A DNA stretch of 37,933 bases, from IMG/VR virus record IMGVR_UViG_3300045988_053041, positions 1-37,933 of that record. One strand, 5' to 3'. Source of the DNA: a virus. Both the position numbers and the translations under genes were made by a program. The notes below the pieces were generated by a model, which did no database searches, was not told the origin of the DNA, and saw nothing but the letters and a program-made list of their open reading frames with translations. Positions 7,511 through 14,598 of this stretch are shown in pieces; positions within the stretch are counted from its first letter, which is position 1, and each line of letters begins with the position of its first letter.

Positions 7511-8227
7511 TTACGCCTTTCGCTTTTCCCTGTTTCGCCAGGGAAGCTTGTAGTCCACATAATAATAGCTGCCGAACTTGTTTTCCTTCGCCTCGGGCTC
7601 TACGTCAAAGGCCTCTTTCGGTGGCACAGGCCGGTAGTTGTCCGGGACTTTTTCGACAGTGATGCGTGGTTTTTCAAGGTTCCGTGATGGCGTCCACAAT
7701 CGGTCGCCCACATATTCCCGTCCGTGCTGCATCGGCTCTTTGGTCAGATACTTTGCCAAGCCAACAAAGCCGAGCTTCCCGACGGGCTCCCAGTTGATAT
7801 CGCCGTCCGGCCAGAGCTTGCGGAGCACTTCCGTCTCGCCGGGATAATGGTTGAGGATGATGTGGTGATGCAAACGCTTGTCTCCGTGCCGGCCTTCGGT
7901 GGTGTACAGATATTTGTAAGGCCGACCGAAGGCTTTGCGGCTCTCGCGCAGCTGACGGTTAAAAAGCTTCACCCGCTTCTGCGCGGCGAAGGTGTTCGGC
8001 GGCTTGTGCGCCTCGTCGTAGGTGAGCGTGAGCAGCCAGTCCGAATACGTAAAGTTTGCGGCGATCAGAAACGCAAGCCGCTCATAGGCGTGGCGAATGT
8101 TGAGCTTTTCGCGGATGGTTGTCTGCGGCAGGCTCTTCGGCGCTCTGCCTCGTCGCTTGGCCAGCGGCTCGGTGAACACGCACTCGCGGCATAAGACGGA
8201 TGTTTTCATGGATACAAGATAGCTCAC
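7511..8227 (-). CDS. HUH-superfamily rolling-circle replication initiator (Rep)
   Basis: Three RCR motifs are visible: WLLTLTYDE (motif 1), RLHHHIILN (HUH) and GLAKYLTKE (catalytic Tyr). GTG start at 8227 after AGGAGG. Confidence 0.75.
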   Translation of the reverse strand: MSYLVSMKTSVLCRECVFTEPLAKRRGRAPKSLPQTTIREKLNIRHAYERLAFLIAANFTYSDWLLTLTYDEAHKPPNTFAAQKRVKLFNRQLRESRKAFGRPYKYLYTTEGRHGDKRLHHHIILNHYPGETEVLRKLWPDGDINWEPVGKLGFVGLAKYLTKEPMQHGREYVGDRLWTPSRNLEKPRITVEKVPDNYRPVPPKEAFDVEPEAKENKFGSYYYVDYKLPWRNREKRKA

Positions 8228-8258
8228 TTGCTTATAGCCTCCTTATTCTGTTATCGTC

Positions 8259-8280
8259 GGGGCTCGGGAGCCCGAGCCCC
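8259..8280. repeat. GC-rich perfect hairpin/palindrome upstream of the Rep gene
   Basis: GGGGCTCGGG-AG-CCCGAGCCCC. No good T-tract follows on either strand. Confidence 0.8.
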
Positions 8281-8343
8281 TTATATCTTCCCGGCGTTCC
8301 CCGCGCAGCCCGTCATGGCAGCAGGCCGCGCCACAAGTCCAGA

Positions 8344-8682
8344 TCATTTTTTCTTGCGCCGGGTGGATACCTTTTTGTAATTAAATTCCCGGATGTGCGG
8401 GTTGCGCTCGCGGAACGGGACAAAATGCGCGCCGCAGGCCTTGCGGAGGATCGCGTCCAGCCGTTCTTGCAGCCAGTCGGCTTCCGGGCCGCAGCCGTAT
8501 GCGCCGTCAAATTCCGTGTCCAACTCGGACACGCGGCACGCCAGCCGGTAAAGCCGCTCTTCGCCGAAGCCCTCCTGCGCGAGCGCTGCGAGAAACATGT
8601 CGGAGACTTTCTGCATACCTGCCTCCACGCCGATCTCCATCGCCGCCCGCCCAACCGCGTCCAGCTGGTCAACGTATTTCAA
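8344..8682 (-). CDS. Hypothetical early protein (contains 17-bp element copy 3)
   Basis: C-terminal part of track ORF 8344..8835. Possible starts are TTG 8682 after AAGGAGGGGG, or ATG 8640. No recognisable family. Confidence 0.55.
   Translation of the reverse strand: MKYVDQLDAVGRAAMEIGVEAGMQKVSDMFLAALAQEGFGEERLYRLACRVSELDTEFDGAYGCGPEADWLQERLDAILRKACGAHFVPFRERNPHIREFNYKKVSTRRKKK
8516..8532 (+). repeat. 17-bp element copy 3 (variant GTGTCCAACTCGGACAC), in an early hypothetical gene
   Basis: Read directly. The gene strand gives VSELDT. Confidence 0.85.
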
Positions 8683-8851
8683 CGCGCGTCTTCCCCCTCC
8701 TTGCGTGCACGGCCAACTCCTGATAAATGCCAATCTTGAACAAAGTCCACCGGCCAAAGTAGGAGTTCCGATTCTGCGCAATGTGGTTTGCCTCGTTGCG
8801 GGGCATCCCCAGCACGCCCATGCAGAGCTTTGCAAATCGTTTTCGTGTCAT
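8669..8851 (-). CDS. Hypothetical small early protein
   Basis: ATG 8851 lies 6 nt after AGGAGG (MTRKRFAKLCMGVLGMPRNE...). It is part of track ORF 8669..8953. Confidence 0.6.
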   Translation of the reverse strand: MTRKRFAKLCMGVLGMPRNEANHIAQNRNSYFGRWTLFKIGIYQELAVHARRGKTRVEIR

Positions 8852-9246
8852 TCTGCGCCTCCTGTTTCCATCGGGAAAATGAACTGCTTGTTGAGATAGG
8901 ACTCCGCGGGCGGATAATACGGCTTGCACCAATCCATTGGCGTCCACTGCCAAGCATCGTCCTTGTAGATCAAAAAGTCGCTTGTTCCTGCGTCGACGGC
9001 GTATACCCAGAAAACGCCGCCGGATAAAAGCTCAATCTGAAACATTGTCGTTACCTCCTGTATTTGTCTGATACTCGCCGTAGCTGCAAGCTTGCAGTCC
9101 TTGCAGCGCATATTTGTTTCGACGTTAAGGGTAGGTGCCCCATCCAAATAATTGATGATCAAGTCAAACTCCCAGTCTTCGATTTCGCCTTTTTGGTGGT
9201 TCTCCAGTGCCTCTTTGTAGATTGCATCCGCGTCAACTGGTCGCAT
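8848..9246 (-). CDS. Hypothetical early protein (with a strong in-frame internal SD+ATG)
   Basis: ATG 9246 follows GGAGGA (MRPVDADAIYKEALENHQ...). An internal CAGGAGGTAACGACA-ATG (MFQIELLSGG...) is in frame with no intervening stop. Confidence 0.65.
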   Translation of the reverse strand: MRPVDADAIYKEALENHQKGEIEDWEFDLIINYLDGAPTLNVETNMRCKDCKLAATASIRQIQEVTTMFQIELLSGGVFWVYAVDAGTSDFLIYKDDAWQWTPMDWCKPYYPPAESYLNKQFIFPMETGGAE

Positions 9247-9607
9247 CGTCAAATCCTCCATCCATCTTCGCCCCGCACTTACCGCAGAAGTTGTGCCACC
9301 GTGAGCACAGCGTTGCGCCGCATATTGGGCAGTTGTCATACGGGATGTCCGCATGCACCATATTCCTGCGGTAAAGTGTAGAGCGGTCTCCCGCTAAAAC
9401 CCCGATCTCCTCATGGTATCCCACAATCGTCCTCGTGCGCACTTCCGTCACCGGCGTTCCATGCACCACCTCCGCAACGTCGGCGGCGGGCATTCCCCGA
9501 ATTTCGGCATATGCGCGTTCCAACCGTGTTAGTGCCGTCATACTTCCACCGCGTTCTGCTTTCCGTAACGCAAATAGCGCCGCCTCGCGGCTGATATAAT
9601 CAGTCAT
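9233..9607 (-). CDS. Hypothetical protein with C-terminal zinc ribbon
   Basis: Track ORF with the pattern ...CPICGATLCSRWHNFCGKCGAKM.... It is translationally coupled to its neighbours. Confidence 0.65.
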   Translation of the reverse strand: MTDYISREAALFALRKAERGGSMTALTRLERAYAEIRGMPAADVAEVVHGTPVTEVRTRTIVGYHEEIGVLAGDRSTLYRRNMVHADIPYDNCPICGATLCSRWHNFCGKCGAKMDGGFDDATS

Positions 9608-9803
9608 AATCCATATACTCCCTTCTGATTCTGCTTTGCATTTCCGGGCTAAAGACGTAAAGCGGTGTGCATCTACTCAGGATCTCTGCTTTCAAAAGCC
9701 GTTCACGCTGGCGTTTGGTCAGCCGCCGCTCTCGCTTCTTCGGCGGCAGCTCGCCCTTTGCCGCCGCAATAGCGGTCGGGTTGTGCTTATGTTGACCCAT
9801 CAT
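9600..9803 (-). CDS. Hypothetical basic small protein
   Basis: 67-aa ORF overlapping both neighbours by a few nt within the operon. Confidence 0.55.
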   Translation of the reverse strand: MMGQHKHNPTAIAAAKGELPPKKRERRLTKRQRERLLKAEILSRCTPLYVFSPEMQSRIRREYMDYD

Positions 9804-10203
9804 TTACCCTCCGGTTCCACGCAGCCGCGGTTTCCATCCTTGTCATAACAGGATTTGTGGCGATAAATGCCCCTCCGCACTGTTTACACTTTATCGTACA
9901 GGTTGTGCCCAAAAACGCTGCCTCTCCGCCGCAAAACGGGCACGGTTTCAGTTCAGCCATCTTCGTCCCTCCAAATCTTTCGTCATACTCGGCAGGCGTA
10001 ATAAACTCGATATCCTCGCCTGTATAGCCGAGACGGTCGAGGCACATCAGCTCCACCAGTGTATCTTTGTTTACACACTTTACCAGATCTTCATATTGGA
10101 TAGTGTTGTTCGCCTCAAAGCTCATCTGAGCGCCAAACTCGCCACGTACGGTAAAGCACACACGGTTTTCAACCATCCTTCTTTCCATCCTACGGCTTGA
10201 CAT
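9787..10203 (-). CDS. Lar-like restriction-alleviation domain protein with an N-terminal extension
   Basis: C-terminal MAELKPCPFCGGEAAF...CKQCGGAF...AAAWNRRV matches the Lar family pattern. That part has its own GGAGGG-6nt-ATG but is in frame with an upstream ~80-aa segment. The 5' start is uncertain. Confidence 0.7.
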   Translation of the reverse strand: MSSRRMERRMVENRVCFTVRGEFGAQMSFEANNTIQYEDLVKCVNKDTLVELMCLDRLGYTGEDIEFITPAEYDERFGGTKMAELKPCPFCGGEAAFLGTTCTIKCKQCGGAFIATNPVMTRMETAAAWNRRVNDGST

Positions 10204-10579
10204 CCACGTTTACCGGGAACTCGGTGTGGAACTCGATCAAATAATGGTACGGGTCGGCGTGCGTGCCGGTGATGTCCTCGACCACGTATAACGTGTAGTC
10301 GTTGAGGTAAATGTAATTCTTCTTGTACTCGTTTGCACCGACCTTGCACGTTACGACCAGCTCCGAAGAGGAGTTGTTGCTGATGGACATATAGCCCTCG
10401 GCGTAGAGGATGATTTTGTCAGTTCTCGCGTTGTAGACCGTGATCCGGCGCTCACAGCTGAAATTATCAGCGGCGACGTTCATGTTGTGGTTTACCTTGT
10501 CCGCTTCCCTCGTCATGCATCCTGCGAGACTTGCAATAAGCATGATAGCCGCCAGAAGCAAAGCCATTCGTTTTTTCAT
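10190..10579 (-). CDS. Lipoprotein (signal peptide + lipobox LAGC)
   Basis: MKKRMALLLAAIMLIASLAGC... is a classic lipoprotein signal sequence. Confidence 0.8.
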   Translation of the reverse strand: MKKRMALLLAAIMLIASLAGCMTREADKVNHNMNVAADNFSCERRITVYNARTDKIILYAEGYMSISNNSSSELVVTCKVGANEYKKNYIYLNDYTLYVVEDITGTHADPYHYLIEFHTEFPVNVDVKP

Positions 10580-11055
10580 TTTTCAGTTTCTCCTTTCATT
10601 GCCTTCTCGGCTTCCTCGCTGCTCAAAAATACGGTCTTGCCAAATGAGCTAGGATTGACTCCGTACTGTTCTCTCAATCCATCTACTGTGGAAAATACAA
10701 TGGTCGTAACGCAGCTTCCAATATTTGCAAATTCCATCACGCATTTGCGGGTGTTCCGCATCCCGTCAAGATTCGCCCACACCGTATCGCCCACCCTGCA
10801 CGGCAGCACCACCACGCGCCCCTCAACATCCGCTTTCACCAGCTCCACCATTCGTGAGATGGAGTAATCACAGCCGGAAAGCGTTTCTTCTATCTCCCGT
10901 GCCTCGGCGCACGCCTGCGGAGAAAGCCCCGTGTCTTCGTAGCCTCTCAGCCGTTCCCACACTTGCTTCTGCATACAGTTGTTTCCATATGGGCACGGCA
11001 GCTCGCGGCACTACGCGATGTCGCAGAAGTTTCCTTCAAACGTCAGTCGTTCCAT
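10576..11055 (-). pseudogene. Conserved phage early protein interrupted by an in-frame TAG (11011-11013); the downstream ATG 10974 opens track ORF 10576..10974
   Basis: AGGAGGGGCT-ATG at 11055 gives MERLTFEGNFCDIA-TAG-CRELPCPYGNNC-MQKQVWERLRGYEDTGLSP..., all in one frame. Confidence 0.6.
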
Positions 11056-11063
11056 AGCCCCTC

Positions 11064-11744
11064 CTATTCCAGCCACGCACGGTCTGGGAGCGCCTCAATT
11101 AGCCGGTCAAAACGCTTCGTGCTTGCTGCCCATTCGTGAAATCCGTCTGCATCCATGTCATCGTAAGCCTTTTCAATCTCTTTGATGGTATTTAGAAGCG
11201 ATGTGTTTTCATCGCGCAGGATATCAAATGTTGCCTTGAGGTAATCGTACTGTTGGCGCAAATCAAAAAAAGCAAGCAAAATGCCAAATGCCCAGCCGAT
11301 GCGTTCGATCATCTGAGACTTCGTCAGTCTGCAAAGCCTCTTCCCAGCCTCCGTCTGTGCGAGTCCTTCTTCGTAGCTCGTAAGCGAAAAATAATCTTCC
11401 TCTTCACTGTCATAGCCTACCAGATCATAGCGGTTGCCAATCAGGGCAACGGTCGCATCATCAAAGTCTCGGTAAAAGTCCTCGAAATCCTGCTCATACA
11501 GCCTCATTTGCAGCTCGTCGGCTTTGGCGGATAAATCTGCGAAAGCCATGCGGAATTCCCATTCCGCTTCCTCGTCGCCATCGAGTGCATTGAGAAGCGT
11601 CTCGTCGTTGTCTGCCTGCTCAATGTAGTACCGCACGCCATTGCAAGCCTCTACGATGTCGTCGAGTTCAGCCATAATATTGTACGCGCCCATCGAGGCA
11701 AGCGCCGGTCGTTTGTACCGGAGGGCTCTGATTCGGTCGCTCAT
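11064..11744 (-). CDS. Hypothetical, strongly acidic protein
   Basis: 226-aa ORF rich in D/E (…DGDEEAEWEF…YDSEEEDYF…). It ends in TAG. Confidence 0.7.
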   Translation of the reverse strand: MSDRIRALRYKRPALASMGAYNIMAELDDIVEACNGVRYYIEQADNDETLLNALDGDEEAEWEFRMAFADLSAKADELQMRLYEQDFEDFYRDFDDATVALIGNRYDLVGYDSEEEDYFSLTSYEEGLAQTEAGKRLCRLTKSQMIERIGWAFGILLAFFDLRQQYDYLKATFDILRDENTSLLNTIKEIEKAYDDMDADGFHEWAASTKRFDRLIEALPDRAWLE

Positions 11745-12277
11745 GTTTTTTCTCCCTCCGGCGCTTCCGGCAGCGGCATCCAGTGGGTAACTGCGCAGTC
11801 TACCGGATTGTTGTACACATCGTCCGGATTAAACTGTCTGTTCTCCCACCAACCCTCCGGGATGTAGTAATCATCCGCCTCCTCGTCGTACAGGCCATAG
11901 CAGTAGATGTCGCTCCAGTTCCACGCACTGTCCCGCGTCAGCATCTTCCCGGCCTCGTAGATAGCCGGTATCACGAAAATGTATCCGTTTCGATTGCAAA
12001 CTGCCAAAACATCTGTCTCGGGTTCCGGCAGCCGCTCCGCCACTGGAATCCACCTCTGTTTCTCCCGCAGCGCGTCCCTCTCGGCCTGCGCTTGTGCACA
12101 CCGCCTTTTGGCGGCGTCAATGCCTGCCAAAAGATCTATGATTGCAGTCTTGGATTCTTTCAGGAGCGTCGCGACACAAAAGGCGCGTTGCTCGATACCC
12201 GCACGCATCGGGCAGGTATCGCAGCCCAGATCCGACGTGCAATGCCGCAGAGCGCTAAGAATTTCAACGATCTCCAT
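11741..12277 (-). CDS. DUF551-like domain protein
   Basis: ATG 12277 after GGAGGTG (MEIVEILSALRHC...). The C-terminus ...WIPVAERLPE...VTHWMPLPEAP shows the DUF551 pattern. Confidence 0.7.
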   Translation of the reverse strand: MEIVEILSALRHCTSDLGCDTCPMRAGIEQRAFCVATLLKESKTAIIDLLAGIDAAKRRCAQAQAERDALREKQRWIPVAERLPEPETDVLAVCNRNGYIFVIPAIYEAGKMLTRDSAWNWSDIYCYGLYDEEADDYYIPEGWWENRQFNPDDVYNNPVDCAVTHWMPLPEAPEGEKT

Positions 12278-12545
12278 CGCCGTACACCTCCACGATTGTT
12301 TTCCCGCAGAACTTCCACTCCGGGCAGGGGAAGCATAGGACGTCTTTTTTGCACGATGCGCTCCAGGCGCACGTCCGGCAGATTTCCGGGACGTAGGTAA
12401 GCGCGGCGTCGCGCTCTTTTTCAAGCTTCTCGGCCTTGCGAATGCTAAACAGCGTCAGCGTCACGCGCAAAATGGCGTACACGCACACCGCGCGGAGGAC
12501 AAATTCGACGGCGATGACAATAGCGGAAATGGTGCTGCTACTCAT
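12264..12545 (-). CDS. Hypothetical membrane-anchored Cys-rich protein
   Basis: 93-aa ORF with a hydrophobic N-terminus followed by CRTCAWSASCKKDVLCFPCPEWKFC. Confidence 0.6.
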   Translation of the reverse strand: MSSSTISAIVIAVEFVLRAVCVYAILRVTLTLFSIRKAEKLEKERDAALTYVPEICRTCAWSASCKKDVLCFPCPEWKFCGKTIVEVYGDGDR

Positions 12546-12759
12546 GGATGCGTACCTCCTTTTTCAGCTCAAAAAAATCAGAAAACTTTGCGCCGAACAG
12601 ATCGCAGATCTTTCTTGCCGTGCTGATGGTGCACGGCTCGCCCCGCAGCGCGCGGGATACGGTCGGCGCGGACAGGCCGGTCTTCCGGGCGATGGCGACA
12701 AAATCGCCGTATCGGTAAAGCCCATAGACCGCCTCGCGCCGGGCGACAATTTTACTCAT
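12538..12759 (-). CDS. Small helix-turn-helix DNA-binding protein
   Basis: ...IARKTGLSAPTVSRALRGE... is an HTH. ATG follows AGGAGG. Confidence 0.7.
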   Translation of the reverse strand: MSKIVARREAVYGLYRYGDFVAIARKTGLSAPTVSRALRGEPCTISTARKICDLFGAKFSDFFELKKEVRIHE

Positions 12760-13090
12760 CAGCTACCTCCTCGCATTCTTCCTGCCGGACGATCGTCCGG
12801 TGCTTTTCATCGAGCGTCACAATGTAAGTCGCGCGGATGCCGTCGCAGCATTGCTGCTTTTGCGCCTTGTAGACCTTCCCGGGCTTGAGCTGGAATTCCG
12901 GGAAGACCGGCAGCGGCTTTGCCACGCGGATGCATACCGGGACGGCCTCCTTCTTGCGGTACTGCGCCGGGATGTAATTTACATTCTTCGCCCGCCGGTA
13001 GCACTCCCGGCAGCAGTAGACCTGATCGGTCCGGTACGTCGTGAAGAGGTTGCCGCAGCCACGGCATTGCCGGAACAGCTGCCTGCTCAT
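12752..13090 (-). CDS. Zinc-ribbon protein
   Basis: MSRQLFRQCRGCGNLF...YCCRECYRRA.... ATGA overlap with the parB stop. Confidence 0.65.
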   Translation of the reverse strand: MSRQLFRQCRGCGNLFTTYRTDQVYCCRECYRRAKNVNYIPAQYRKKEAVPVCIRVAKPLPVFPEFQLKPGKVYKAQKQQCCDGIRATYIVTLDEKHRTIVRQEECEEVADE

Positions 13091-14598
13091 ATCGAGCCCT
13101 CCTCTTCCGGCGGCAAATGCAGCCAGCGCAGGATATTCGGGCCGTTGTCCGTCAAAAGTTCTGCGCTATATAGCTCCAGCTCCCCGCAGTGCGCGGTATC
13201 AACGTCATAGATCCGCATGCCCTCGGTTTCAAGCAGCAACAGGACCGGCCCGTCCGGGAAATCGCGGTCTGTGCGCCAGGCCATCCGAAAAGCGCCTTCC
13301 GGCAGCGCCGCCGTGTCAGACTTGGACACCGGCTGAAGCTCGTCCGTCAGCCCCAGCAGATAGTCTGCCGAGCAGTGTAGCTCTGCACAAAGTGTCGGGA
13401 TGGCGCGCGAACTTGGAAGTAAAAACTCGTTGTTCCAAAGGCTCCTTGCGCCAAATTCGCCTTCTGCAAAATTCCGGATATCTGCGGCGGTTTTCATGCC
13501 GACGGTGTCGTTGATTATAAGGATCGTGCCGTCCGCCAGACCTGCCGCATCAATGGCTCTCACAATTCGTTGCGCATATTGCTGGGCTGCCGCATGGAAG
13601 ACACGCTGTTTATTCTCCTTTTCGGTTTCCTCTTTCTGCTTTTCGGCGGCGTTTTTGTCCGTGCGGTACTGCTTGGCCTTGGAGCACATCTGATCGCAGA
13701 CGTCATAGCAGCCACGCGCTTTCGCGCCATACTTGCAGTCCATGCAGCACATTTCGCCCTTGCACTGCGGCGTCCACGAGCCGCACGTGGCGTCATGCCG
13801 AAGCGTTGCGTCGTCTCTGGAATTCGGGCACCACTTACCATCCGGGCAGCGGAAGCGATTGCTCGGGTGCCAGGTCGCGCCCTTCTCGGCGAGTTCCCGC
13901 ACCTGCACAATTCCGGCAGATGTGGGAAATTCTTTCGTCCGGGCAAATGCATCGTATAGCCGCTGTTGCAAGGTAAAATCACACCGGGCAAGTTCCAAAG
14001 CCGTCGCATCGGGAAGCTTCCCAGCCGCCCACTGTGCCTTAAAATCGCTGGTGAGGTTCTCCTCGATCATGTGCAGGTTCGCAAGCTTCGTCTTGCTCAC
14101 ATTGCACGCCTCGGCCACATGGTCGCGCATCCGGCCGGGGAACTCCACGCCTTGCTCCTTAAGGTCATAAAGCAGACGCTCCACGCGCTGCGCCGCCTGG
14201 CTGATCTCCGCGCTCGTGAGCACTCTGGCCGTGGAGTTTGCCATGATGAGCTCCAGTTCTTCCATGGCCGCGCTTTTGGGGCTCCGGACGAAAACCGGCA
14301 CTTTGCGAAGATCCTCGCGCCCTTCTGCGACCAAAGCCCGAACCGCAGCCGTGCGCCGGTGGCCGGAAATAAGGCGGTACTTGCCGTCCTCCGTGCGCGT
14401 GACCGTCGGCGGGTCCATAATGCCGGAGAGCGCAATGGAGTTTTTGAGCTCTTCGAGTTTGTCCTCGTCAACGGCGTAAAAGTTCGCGTCGTTGCTGACT
14501 AAATCGTCAATGTCGACCTGCGTGAGCTCGCGTCCGGTGTCAGACTTGGACACCGCCTGCACCTGCTTAGCAAAAATGCTTGAAACGTCAAATGCCAT
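13087..14598 (-). CDS. parB: Atypical ParB/Spo0J-family protein: ParB N-domain, HTH, Cys-rich insert, XRE-like helix and DUF551-like C-terminus
   Basis: ...YRLISGHRRTAAVRAL... is the ParB GxxRxxA box. ATG 14598 overlaps the parA TGA (TGATG). The gene carries two copies of the 17-bp element, each encoding VSKSDT. Confidence 0.8.
   Translation of the reverse strand: MAFDVSSIFAKQVQAVSKSDTGRELTQVDIDDLVSNDANFYAVDEDKLEELKNSIALSGIMDPPTVTRTEDGKYRLISGHRRTAAVRALVAEGREDLRKVPVFVRSPKSAAMEELELIMANSTARVLTSAEISQAAQRVERLLYDLKEQGVEFPGRMRDHVAEACNVSKTKLANLHMIEENLTSDFKAQWAAGKLPDATALELARCDFTLQQRLYDAFARTKEFPTSAGIVQVRELAEKGATWHPSNRFRCPDGKWCPNSRDDATLRHDATCGSWTPQCKGEMCCMDCKYGAKARGCYDVCDQMCSKAKQYRTDKNAAEKQKEETEKENKQRVFHAAAQQYAQRIVRAIDAAGLADGTILIINDTVGMKTAADIRNFAEGEFGARSLWNNEFLLPSSRAIPTLCAELHCSADYLLGLTDELQPVSKSDTAALPEGAFRMAWRTDRDFPDGPVLLLLETEGMRIYDVDTAHCGELELYSAELLTDNGPNILRWLHLPPEEEGSI
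13313..13329 (-). repeat. 17-bp element copy 4 (GTGTCAGACTTGGACAC, reverse complement of the main form), in the parB 3' third
   Basis: Read directly. The gene strand gives VSKSDT. Confidence 0.95.
14537..14553 (-). repeat. 17-bp element copy 5 (GTGTCAGACTTGGACAC), in parB codons ~16-21
   Basis: Read directly. The gene strand gives VSKSDT. Confidence 0.95.

Noticed and set aside
11011-11013. Genome-wide TAG reassignment (alternative genetic code) as the explanation for the in-frame amber codon.
   Set aside because: TAG terminates several well-defined genes at sensible positions: portal 2576, Cro-like 18475, XhlA-like 26973 and 11064..11744. No other gene shows in-frame TAGs, and no suppressor tRNA is present in the window.
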